DNA of 64,000 nucleotides from Curvularia clavata (Eukaryota): NCBI GenBank assembly GCA_023920165.1, contig CP089275.1, positions 5,394,001 to 5,458,000 of the forward strand, read 5' to 3'. Shown piece by piece: positions 1 to 11,058 of this stretch (position 1 is its first letter; each line of letters starts with the position of its first letter). The notes under the pieces were generated by a model. It saw only the letters and a program-made list of their open reading frames with translations, ran no database searches and was not told where the DNA came from. The position numbers and the translations under genes were made by a program.

Positions 1-1563
1 TTCTTGGTCACTCGTGCGTTGTTTGGCGCGATCTTAGAATGCCATGCAGTTGTACATAGATTATTCGTGCGAAACGCATGAGAGAATTGTTTCCACCTAC
101 GGCCTTGTCGCGTTTCAGGATTAGCAACCACATTTTTCAATATTTGCATGACGCGGTATGACAGCTATGGCTCATGACCGCGGAGAGCGGACATTTTGTC
201 GAGAAAGACCGGGACATATTGAATGGAGGAATTAAACATCTCGATACCAGTGGCAACTATCGCCAGAACTGATCACAAATGGATTACGGAATATGCCGAG
301 CAGATGTTGGACCAGGGACTTGTCCGGGAGCCAGGAGGTGGCGGTTTCGAGGATGGGTGGTGGTTCGTCATGCTAGTAACGTAACTCTTGGTCCCTGCGT
401 TATCGTTTCAAGATATCACGTGAGACCAAATGCCGACGGCATTCTGAAGAATGACAAGGAGCCGGTAAACTTTAGAAAACGTTCTATAGGAGTTCTCTTC
501 CCGATTTTCTGGGATTTGCAGAATAGCTGCGCTTGTCTGGAAACTAGTCGTCACTTCTTTTGCCAGAGTTCCACGCTTTCGAGTTCTGTGGTATCCCTGT
601 GCCTGACACGACTCATGGCCATGTTTTTGTTTCCCGTCTGCGCATGCTGCCTGCCGAGAGTTTCTGATTTCGAAAAGTTGTTTCTAGAACCGATCGTCGC
701 TGGTCGGACTACGCCTACAACCTTAGCAGTGCGCCGTCCTCGGAGATTTACCTGGTTATGGCTCATCCAAAACATCACAGCTTTGAAAGATAGGAAATGT
801 GGAGAGGCATCCACTTGTCATTAACAAAAGGCGCATCGGACTTGACGGAACCTGAACCGCCGAGCAATCTGATAACTTGGGCGGAGAGCATCACTTGGCT
901 ACATCTCTTGGCTAATATGCTTCGTATCGCATTTATCTCGGACCTACCCGATCTACCAAGTCTGGCGCACGTACGTTTGATCGCCGGTAAGTTTGCAAGG
1001 AGCGGAACGGAGTAAGGATTTGCTCATATTTCCAGAAATGGGGTCTTGCTGTGCTTTACTCTCACACCTTCCTTTGTATCTACATTGTTTACCGCTAGTT
1101 TGTGGCGTGACCAAAATCACTGAATATTGTGTTGGCTTCCACGCCCTGTACATCACATGACTCTTGCTTTCTTCCGCAGTCATTCCAACACTCTTGGCCC
1201 AATACTGTAGCGGCCCTACTGAGAAGCAAGATCTTACAAGGAGATGCCTCGAGATTTGGTGAATGGCCAGTAGGGGTTGCGCGGAATAATTAATCTCCTA
1301 GATTGAGAGAGACGAAGATCCAGCTGAGCTCCCTTTTAGATGATGAGTCAAGAAAAGCTCCGCGGCTTCGTCCTTCAAAGTCGCCGCTTCTAAAGTTTCG
1401 ATATAATATTTTTCCGTTTATACGTCAGCATTGGCTCTTGGCTGTGGTGAGCACAGCAAAGTCTCTTCCGCTCTTTCTTGTTGTAGTATAAAGGTAGCGT
1501 ATCCTGATGACCAGCACCAGTTATTCCAACAACCTCCTCGTAGCCATTTAGATAACCTTCGTC

Positions 1564-3509
1564 TCATACATCGCCTGTCTGTCCCTTTCCTTCAGGTCGA
1601 AGGAGTTTCGTCATTGGCACCTCATCAGGTGGCAGATACCTTGGGTAAATCGTGAACGGAAGCAATCCTTTTCCGGCCAGGTGTCTCTTGTACCGCAGTG
1701 CTTGACCGAGCACTTGAGCCTGATTGATGCCGAATTCAGCTTGAATACGCTTCAAGCACTTGGCCACAAAGTTCTGGCTTGCTTCAGAGGCAATGGGCAT
1801 AGAGCCAGCCTGTGTGGGAAGAAGCAGAAATAGTTAGCAAAAGTCTGCGCAAGTGCGTGTTTCGCAGTAGAAGACGAATGATACTTACTATATAGACAGC
1901 CCATACCGTTGAATATCCTCCAGCTACACGGATTATAGGAAGTCGGTCTTTTACGGTAGCGGTACCGGTGAGGGCCTGGCCAACGATTGGTGACACGGAT
2001 TTGAAATTGTCATGGAGAGACCTCATGGCTTGATAATCTGACGCTGACTTCGACTTCGTCGACGATGCGTCTGGACAAGGTGAGCCCGATGAAGGTGAGG
2101 AAGACGCTTCTGAAGGAGGTGTGTAGATCTGTTCATTGCTCGCGGGACTTGATGCCTCACTTGATGCCTCGCTGGGCACGTCGTGTAAGAATTGTGGCAT
2201 ACAAGCCAAGATATCCGACTGCATCTGGTACAAGGTACGGACACTTAATTCCAGCTGCTCGTGGTACTTGACGCCAACCAGGGCTGGAGGTGTGGAGGAA
2301 AGGCCAGCCAAAATGGCATTTCGGATAATATCGTGAAAGTATATTCGGTTGTAGCGCACCCAGTTCCACGTTTGGGCTGCTACCGAGTTTTTATAGACAT
2401 GATAGAAATTGTCGAAGATCTCCGGTTTCTTCTCGCAGAGCACAACATCGTAGTCCCAATCTGATCCTTGGCCCACGAAGATTTCAGCCGCAATATTGTC
2501 GAGCGCAAGCGCAGTCTCTATGATATCCGGCAACGAAGTTAGTTTTCCACTCCAAATACGGGCGCGGAGGTCGACGGTCTTGATATGCAAGAAAAAGAAG
2601 CGGTTTCTGGGATCAGTGCTGTCCAAATGTTTTATGACTTCGGTATTGAGCTGATGAACAAACTCCGGGATAGGCTCATCCTTTCCCATGCAATTCATCG
2701 TGAGGAGTCCAATAGTATGCATATACATGCGCTGCCCGGCCGGTGTTGAAAATTGGTTAATGCCTCGTAGCTTGATAAGCATGGAAGCACCGTCGACGTG
2801 ATTGCTCCATTCTTTCAAGCTGTTCTTGTTGGACGTGGCTTCAAACATGCTCAAGAGATTGATGGACGTGAGGGTGCTATCTTCTTTGACAGTTTTTGGA
2901 GACGAGATGGCGGCATTTGTCATCTTGATGGCGTTCAAATACCAACGGGTGGCCTCACTCTTAAGTTTGGTGTCCCTGTAGAGATTTGCCATTCCAGCAA
3001 TGCCGAGAGCTGTCATAGATGTGGCGACCAGCGGATGGAAGCCATGTGTCGATAAGTGCTCTAGATACTCGGCAGATTGTATTGGCGGCTGGTCAACACC
3101 AACAGTATAATATGACATGAAGTAGGAAATACCCTGGTCAATGAGAGATGGCTTTATGACCAGTCCCGGAGAGTCGTTTCTTGTTATTTGCAAGCAAGCT
3201 TCTCGTAGATTACGCTTTTCTTGTTCATCTCGTGCATCTCGCGCCGCAATAGCTTTTGCTTTAGATTTTTTCGCCTTGTAGAGAACATGCGCGGTCTCAT
3301 CGTGAAAAAAGGCGTCAATAGTGCGATCGTATCCAGGGCATTCGAAACCCCGCTCGGCGCATTTGACACATCCACCGAGACGCTCATCACACTGCGAGTT
3401 TTGTCGCATAAGCGGCTGGAAATTGTAGTAGATGAAGTTCACAACCTACTTTAATCTTGCGCTCGCGACATTTTTTACACCCAGTAGATGGCCGGCCACG
3501 ATACACCAT
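1564..3509 (-). CDS. Zn(II)2Cys6 fungal transcription factor; 3 exons (3509-3450, 3391-1889, 1809-1564)
   Basis: Splicing GT-AG intron 3392-3449 gives MVYRGRPSTGCKKCRERKIK|CDERLGGCVKCAERGFECPGY, a complete Cys6 cluster. A fungal TF middle domain follows (LLSMFE...WSNHVDGA). Second intron 1810-1888 (GTAAGT...CTAAC...CAG) joins in frame to ORF 1564-1800. Confidence 0.9.
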
Positions 3510-3978
3510 GCCTTTAGCGTGCGCTACACGTATCGAGATTGACGTGCTGACAACGGGAAGCCGCGAGGTCGTGCTCTTTGATACAACGTAGGATAGTAGC
3601 GACGATGGGCAAATTACTAGAAGATCGTCGTGAGAGGAACTAGGAATATCAGATACAAAAATTACAGAGGCGTCTGAGCATGCTGTTTAAGGCGGCGCTG
3701 TGTATGTGGCTGTGTAAGGGGATTACAAGGAAGCTGAGGTATCTGACGGCGCAGCGTCTGATATGCGCTCGGCGAAATACTAAGATGGGGGGCCTGACCC
3801 CACCTGTGCTTGTATTGGTAGTTCCATATTGCTAGTGATGACTCGTTCAATTATGACAACACCGGTGTGCGGTCCGATAGCAAAGGAACACGCTTTCGCC
3901 TGGCTGCGATGTTCATACAATATCGAGAATATTTAAATGATAATTCCAGCTTACGTCATCGAACCAAACAACCAACAA

Positions 3979-4059
3979 GGCGTTGTGGCGGAGTGGTTAT
4001 CGCGCAAGACTAGAAATCTTGTTCCTTCGGGAGCGTCAGTTCGAATCTGGCCAACGTCG
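3979..4059 (+). tRNA. tRNA-Ser (anticodon AGA), intronless
   Basis: Acceptor stem GGCGTTG/CAACGTC, D-arm TGGCGGAGTGGTT, anticodon arm CAAGA-CT-AGA-AA-TCTTG, long variable arm TTCC-TTCG-GGAG, T-arm GTCAG-TTCGAAT-CTGGC, discriminator G. Confidence 0.96.
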
Positions 4060-4061
4060 TC

Positions 4062-4067
4062 TTTTTT
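4062..4067 (+). terminator. RNA polymerase III oligo-dT terminator of tRNA-Ser
   Basis: T6 run starting 3 nt after the tRNA discriminator base. Confidence 0.8.
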
Positions 4068-4384
4068 GCCGATGGGTAGGTCCTGTCTTTTAGGGCGAGA
4101 ATCTGCACATCCTTCTTCTCTTTTTTGGCCTGATTGAGTTACGCTCCCATCACAATGATATTGTAGTAGCAAAGCTGCGGAATAAATACACGTGATTGCT
4201 TTCAATCGTGATATCTCATTGATGTGATGCACCAATGTCAAATAGCCAACCATACAGACAACAATCCGCACTGGCAAAGCAGCGAGCCATAATTCGACTC
4301 GTTCTGCTGTATCATGACACACTCTTAGCTATAAAATATAATGCCACCAAGCAACTAAATCATAGCAGCCGAACATAATAATCA

Positions 4385-4877
4385 TCAACGCTGTCCATCA
4401 CAAACCCCAGCATGGCAGTACTTATTACAGCCCTCTTCCCAAACCCAGGGCTTAACTTTGTCATCATCTCCATCTTGGGCCTTTTTACCATAGGCCCAAA
4501 CGCCATTTCCACACTCATAAATGCAGGTACAATACTCTGAGCCGTCATCCTGCCGGGTGCACAGAGAGCGGTCGCCCGTCTGCTTGGCGTACAAGTTACC
4601 CAGGACGGCTATGGGGATGTCTGCATCAAGAGATGTTTGTGTTAGAAAGTGTGTTTAGGACATGGGGGAGTTTAGCATCAGCGTGGGAAGGAGAAGCGTG
4701 TTGTGTATGGGAACAGTATATGTTGGGGTAAGTGGAGCACGCACTGAGGTTTTGCATGAGTTCCCAACCACAGTACTTCTTCTGCTTCTGGTTTCGCTTG
4801 GTGTTGAGACTGCCCGATGCGGACGCAAGGGCAACGAGCATCATCACGAAAAGGGCAGTGCAGAGGTGGTCTTTCAT
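4385..4877 (-). CDS. Small secreted cysteine-rich protein (~122 aa), effector candidate; exons 4877-4745 and 4620-4385
   Basis: Signal peptide MKDHLCTALFVMMLVALASA, then a short pro-region ending LNTKR. Intron 4621-4744 (GTGCGT...CTAAC...CAG) joins ORFs 4626-4877 and 4385-4594 in frame. The mature part has 8 Cys (YCGW...LC...YCTCIYEC...GCNKYCHAGVC). Confidence 0.8.
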
Positions 4878-5325
4878 TGTTGGTAGTACGATGGTTCAAA
4901 GCAAAGGGCGAGTAGGAGTTGGGATGGGTTTCAATGTTAGTCGCAGCGTTGTATGCGTTTGGAAGTCAGGTTTGCTTGTTTGCACAGGCGAGTAGAAACA
5001 TGTCAACACGAGGCAGGAGGCGGTGGTTACACGCACACGTGGCTAGTCGCAGGCCGTGCCACCAAGCTACGCCGTTGCTGGCCTTGCATTGAATTCTGTC
5101 AGCGAATTCAGACGTCATGTGTAACTTTAGCAATGGCAGCTTTGCCAGGAGAATCACCGGATCACGAAAAACTAGTAAACGCAGAGCGTCGAACAAAGTC
5201 GTGTATTCATGTTTCATAGCCGTTCTTAAAAGAATAGTCGGCATGCGTTAACCAGAACGCCTCGCTATGCAAATGGGTATCAAAGGCTGTCGAGCCAACA
5301 AGAAAAAAACGCCATCAAATCTCAA

Positions 5326-6254
5326 TCAAAACCATGCAAGGCTCCAGAGGGCGGGCATGTTTGGCCAGCGCTCTTGCCATGAGGCGAGGATCTCTGGAAC
5401 GCGTTCATCAAATCCGGAACGAGCGGCACCACTGCCAGACTGCCAGCCACTGTCGCCATGTAGTTCACGCTCTTTTGCTGCAGCTTCGTTGAGACTGAGG
5501 GCGAGATCTAGAATCGCCTTGCCACCCACCAGGGCCTCCTCATGGTTATCCCTGATGTCGACATTAAACACATGGACAGGCCTATTGAGCTTTCCGCCCT
5601 TGTTGTGGAGATCCTCAAGCACGGCATCAAAACAACGCTCTTCACAGGTGATCACGACATCAACTACGCCAGCCTCTGTACCTTGAGCGCCCTTGTCCTC
5701 AGCATGGTCAAGGCGCGGCTTGCCAGGGACCCAGTCCTGGAAGCGCTCAGGGTAGCCCTTGATATTCAAATTGCGACCTAACATGTTGAGCAGGCCATTG
5801 TTGGTGTAGAGGGCGGCGTTCTGCTGGGCAAGCTCATCATGGATGGCACGATAGGTTGTGCTGTTGAAGTGGTACACATTGGGCTGTGTGATTGTGGGCC
5901 CCGGCAGACGCACAAGCGAGCCGGTGCCAAAACTGATAGTTGGAAGGTGCGCGGACGCAAGCTGGAGGTGTGCTTCCATAGACCTGAAGAGATGGGATTA
6001 GCGGCATTTCTCAGAAGGGCAAGGCTGGCGACATACCGATTTTGATTGCTAGCACATACAGTGCAGAACTTTAGTTTGAACCTGTCATCAGGTACTACGT
6101 TCTGCTCTGCATGCGCATCTTTTGCCCCATCCACGCCTGCAGGCTGAGATTCGGCAGGTGGTGGAGGGGGTGGGGGTGGAGGCACAGCTACAGGAGCAGT
6201 CTGCTGTTGTTGCTGCTGCTGCTGCCTCGCACGCAGTCGTGGGTCGGCGGACAT
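5326..6254 (-). CDS. SSU72: RNA polymerase II CTD phosphatase Ssu72; intron 5984-6036
   Basis: Spliced sequence gives [18 protein letters not shown] (CX5R catalytic loop), [25 protein letters not shown] and [11 protein letters not shown], all Ssu72 hallmarks. The N-terminus is polyQ/polyP. Confidence 0.96.
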
Positions 6255-7561
6255 TTTCTATGTCTCGCGGAGAGGCTCTGCAAATTCTTCACTCAAGTTA
6301 GCTATGGGTCTGCATGCGTATATGCGGTGCTAGCAGTAGTGGTGAGGCGAGGATCAGAATTTTCAGTGTATATTATTATTGTGAGTCCTCAAAGGCTAAT
6401 GCCTAGGACAGCTCCAATAAGTGCTCATCATCTCGGGGGATACAAGGGGGGGCGTGCGTGTCAACGTACACTAGTAAGAAGCGCTGCTCATAGTCCGCGA
6501 AACGAGGACGATGCGGTTGAGCGCAAGGGGAGGAATGGCGGGTGCGTGGTGTTTGCTTTGTGAAAGGCACGAAGCCAGTGAAGGTGCAAGCTTTGTCGAG
6601 CTCGGAGCGCAGGTGATAATGCCCTGGTCCGGCTGACTAAGCGGGCCGTGCGACAGGCCGAGCGGGGCAGGCCGAGCGTCACGGGCGCCGAGCAAGCAGA
6701 ACGGGCCCGAAGGACAACGGCGGGTGGTAAGGCCAGATCGAGGTGCTTCTGGCCGTATTCGATGCGGTTTGACAGGATGCAGTTTGCCTCATTTCCTGTT
6801 CCTGGGCCGCGTAGACGGAACCGCATTCGGCCGGCGGGATGCCTTGGACCTGGGTGAGGTGAGATGGATGCATACGTAAATACATGACGGTGTTGCGCAA
6901 ACACTGCACGCTCCCTCAGGCCACGGCGCGGCTCGGGATGCTGTCACGACATGCCCCAGAGTGTACGGGCGCTGCACAGGGACACAGCTGGCAGAAGCAA
7001 TCGACGTCGACGGTTATGCGTTTGGGAGCGTGACGGCATGACGGTGAGGGCTGGCCAGGAAGTTCCTCGCGCCGCAGCGAGCAGACCCGGCCCGAAGCAG
7101 CTAGGCCGCAGCGTCTGAAACAGTCTAGGGCCCAAACAGGCCAAGCTGCTGGTGTTGGAGCGGTTTGCAATCGTCCAAGGCTGAACAGACGCAACAAGAC
7201 ACACACGCGCCCACACACACAGCCCCTCGTCGATGCTCGTAGGCCTAATGGCATGAACTCGCGCCCTCTATTTCTCCCCCTCAACAGCCCGCTTCTCTCG
7301 CCACATGTCTTTGTACGCCCGCAGCGCCTTCGACATCTTCTGAAACACAGGACCGGCGTCTAGCATGTCCCCCGCCAGCCAGTCCCAAAAATAGCCTATC
7401 CTCAATCGGCCCTCGACCACCACACGCGCTGCTCCACCACGCACGGCATTCAGCTAACAACTCCCTCTGTCCTACTGCCGCCCTCGCGCTCCCTGCCGCG
7501 ACTCATCCAACGCCTCGGCTGTCTCTCTCACTCAGCCGCGCACCGCTTGCATCTTTCACTG

Positions 7562-8059
7562 GTGAGTATTAGCGCCATCCTCAACTGCCCTCTCCCCACA
7601 TTGCCATCCAGCGCTTCTCCAGCCGCTGCCTCCACCAAATATCTTCACGCCCACGGACCCTGCCTCCAATCGCGCCGCCCAATCCCACGCCCAGCTGCCA
7701 TTTTCCAGAGGCCTTCCAGTGCGCTGGCCCGCCCATTGGTCATCGGTCTCGCTCGAGCAACCACACCCGCCGCCGACTCACTGCGCCCTCAGCCATTACC
7801 CATTCCCGGAGCCGCGCCAAAACTGTCGGCTCGCTGTGATTTGATTGCGACGCTCCTGGTGCGCCTCGCTCGCTATCCTGTTCCGCCACCCGTTCTGCTC
7901 GTGCTGATGCTGGGGCTGGTGCTGGTGCTCTCGTGTGCTCCATCCCAGACACCAGAGGCTTATCCGTGCTGTGCGCCGCCTTGAAACCTGCACTGCCTGC
8001 TACACTGCCCTCTTTGCTGCCCTTTGATAAAACCATATAGACCACTGCTGACAATCCAG
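7562..8059 (+). other. Probable ~500-nt 5'UTR intron of the SH3 gene
   Basis: GTGAGT donor after a C/T-rich leader; GCTGAC branch and CCAG acceptor 30 nt before the ATG at 8089. Confidence 0.5.
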
Positions 8060-8088
8060 ACCTGACTGCACACAAAAAACTACCGCGC

Positions 8089-9618
8089 ATGACCGACACC
8101 GGCACCGCATCACAGACGCCCGTCTACACTCAACGGCTAGACGAACCAACCGAGCCAGTCGCCGTGCCTACACATCAGCCAGAGCACAAGATGGCTGCCG
8201 ATGTTCTATCACCACGGAGCGACCCGAGTGCTGCGCAAGCGGGCGTGAACCGCACCTCGCTGCCTCCACTCGTCACTTCCCCGCCTTCCAAAGCCAAGCT
8301 CGAGCGCGCAAGCTCCTACCTAAACAAGCGCCTCTCAACTTTTTCCACCATTTCAAACACATCCAACACGCACCAATCGGTACGCTCGCGGCCGCAATCA
8401 ACCGCCTTCCCCATCTTCCACTCGAGTCTGCCCTACTCGCTTGTGCGCGATTTCGCCTACGACCCGCTCCATCCTCTGTTCTATGGCCCACTGCCAGAAC
8501 AGCCATCTGACATATCTACTCCTGCGAGTGAGCACAGCCGAAGACTCTCAGACCCACCGCCTGTGGCATGGCGCAATGAGCGAAGCGGCTGGTCTGCGGG
8601 GTCATGGGACGAGAAAGAAGGCGAACAACTTCCGCAGACCTCGTACGAGGGCGGCCCGCCATACAGCGAGGACGAAGACATTTCTAGCCCAGTAGTTACG
8701 AGCCATCACTCGCGACACAAGAAGCACAAGTCCAACATTGTCAATTTCGATCATACCCGAGGTCGGAGAGGCTACCCAGAAGAACAACGGCGTAGCTCCA
8801 TTCTACCACTCAATGGCGACAGCAGCCAATTCGCCCACGACGACACTGCAGACGGCTCCAATAGCGAGTACATTACATACCCGCCTGAGTCATCGCGACT
8901 TGGCGTACCCGAAGGCACATCACGACGTGATTCTCACTTTGCGACTACCCTTCCACCACGCGCCTATGCTGACGCCGATACAGCCCTGGATGGCCCACCA
9001 TACGATTCAGATGACGACATGTCGGAACCTGAAGACTACATCTACGACGACAATCGTTTCTCGCGCGACTACCAGTTCACCATCGCTTCGCCCGATGAAG
9101 AGATGCACGGCAAAGCCGTCGCATTATTCGATTTTGCCCGGGAAAACGACAACGAATTACCGCTAGTAGAAGGACAGGTAATCCTGGTATCCTACAGGCA
9201 CGGCCAAGGCTGGCTAGTAGCCCAAGACCCCAAGACGGGTGAGAGTGGCCTGGTACCGGAGGAGTACGTGCGCCTACTGCGTGATATTGAAGGAGGCTGG
9301 AACGGCCTGGTAGGCGCCATCCAGTCGCAGCCTGAATTGCAGCTTCCAGAAGGCAACAACGGACCAGAAAGTTTGCTGAGCCCCATCTCCGCTGGACCAG
9401 AAGCCAAAACGCCCACACAGGCTGATCATCCTCAGAACTATACCCCCGTCATATCGACATTCTCGACTAGCCACAAGGACCTTGAGAAGTACCCAACGGA
9501 ACGGCTCGGCACCCCAACCACTGCCGATGGCGGTCTTTTCTCACGAGCCAAGGATGGTGGCGCTATGGAAGGCGTAGAGACTACGCCTGAGCCACAGTCT
9601 GAGCAGCAAAAGTTGTAA
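8089..9618 (+). CDS. NBP2: SH3-domain adaptor, Nbp2-like (HOG pathway negative regulator)
   Basis: 509-aa ORF with one SH3 domain (KAVALFDFARENDNELPLVEGQVILVSYRHGQGWLVA...GLVPEEYV) and an N-terminal VRDFAY...HPLFYG block that I recall from Nbp2 homologues. Confidence 0.8.
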   Translation: MTDTGTASQTPVYTQRLDEPTEPVAVPTHQPEHKMAADVLSPRSDPSAAQAGVNRTSLPPLVTSPPSKAKLERASSYLNKRLSTFSTISNTSNTHQSVRSRPQSTAFPIFHSSLPYSLVRDFAYDPLHPLFYGPLPEQPSDISTPASEHSRRLSDPPPVAWRNERSGWSAGSWDEKEGEQLPQTSYEGGPPYSEDEDISSPVVTSHHSRHKKHKSNIVNFDHTRGRRGYPEEQRRSSILPLNGDSSQFAHDDTADGSNSEYITYPPESSRLGVPEGTSRRDSHFATTLPPRAYADADTALDGPPYDSDDDMSEPEDYIYDDNRFSRDYQFTIASPDEEMHGKAVALFDFARENDNELPLVEGQVILVSYRHGQGWLVAQDPKTGESGLVPEEYVRLLRDIEGGWNGLVGAIQSQPELQLPEGNNGPESLLSPISAGPEAKTPTQADHPQNYTPVISTFSTSHKDLEKYPTERLGTPTTADGGLFSRAKDGGAMEGVETTPEPQSEQQKL

Positions 9619-11058
9619 ACTGGACTAGACAACTTGCCCCTTATCATCATAAGGGTGAATACACGAATTTCGAGTTGAATAGAACCTCAACCATTCCACA
9701 GCCATCGGGAAGAGTGCCACTGTACGCCTGTGCTATCAGGCCAGTCATCGGTATGGAGGAACATCCAGCACATTCCGCTCGCTGAAAAAAAAGGGGGGCC
9801 TTCGCAGCATTCAAACACATCTTGATCATTTCACGACATTCGCTTCGAACCATTGTCTTATTTTTTTGGCTACTTTCACGAATGCATTGCGAGGCGCTGC
9901 GGTGGGAGGGTTTTGTCTCCAAGACCAAACTTAGGTTTAGCGATAGCTGTTGCTTTGCTATATTGGTCTTATTACGGAAAGCAGGTGGGGGGAGGAAAGG
10001 GAAAAAGGAGGGAAAAGTGTTGAAGGATTCACACATTGGGAAAGGAAAAGGGTTGAGCGTCGCGGGCGGGGGGTTTTTTTTTATCTAACGAACTAGGATC
10101 CAGGAGGAATGAATGATCCAGTCAAAGGGAACTTTTTGGTATGATGATGGGATTGAAATGTGGAGGGAACTCATCGAATGTTCTTCTTGACTTAACTTTT
10201 TTTTTTCTTCAAACACCTTTCTTCGCTGGCTACGGCTCTACCATCATCAGAATCACTCATGTTCCCAATTGTAATTGTACTATTTATTCTGTCGCTTCTT
10301 CTCTGGCTGTGCTTTGCTGTGATTGCTCTCGAGCCCAAGAGGCGAGATGAGAGAGTAGCATAAGTCCTGAAGAAGCAATGGGATCACGAACAAGGGTTTC
10401 ATGATTAAAAAGAGAGATTGCTTCAGTCTCATCGAACCGCAAGCATATGCCGTATTGCATGAAGTTGTTTTAAAGAGAGAAAGAGGAAAACGGTTTGTTT
10501 CAGTTACTTAATGCTTACTCCTGCTTCTTTCCTTAATTTCGTTCTTCCCTTCAGTCATTTTATGCGTGCCAACCTGTGCTTCCTGTAATACCAGCACGTT
10601 TTATCCAACCATGCCGACGTCGCATTTTCTTTCCTAAAAAAGCTATTGCCACACATCCACACATCCACACACACACAGCAGGCATAATGCAGTATTGCAA
10701 CAATGTGAGATGAGAAAAAGCGATACCATTGCTCTCTCTATACCAGCCATTCCTAGGAATAACCCAATGCGCCAAATACCCATCCCAACCCTATAACCCT
10801 ATAATCCTATACTCGCGTGTCTCTTCTAACCACAGCATTGTTGAATCTTATCCGAAAAAAAAAGCCCATGCCTACACAAGGGGATAGAACGCCATAACGC
10901 GTGCGCTCAATCAACCCAAAACCCCAATTACAAACCGATAGAAAGAAAGTTGTTGAAGTTACTGTACAATAAAGACTGCCGCAAATGGCAAAGAATAGAC
11001 AAACAACAGCAAGGAAATTCGTAAAAGGAGCCCGCGCAACACATGCAAGCGACATTGA

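Noticed and set aside
1..1500. Short ORFs at the window start (e.g. 279-824)
   Set aside because: No motifs, codon bias or coherent splice model; treated as intergenic/UTR.
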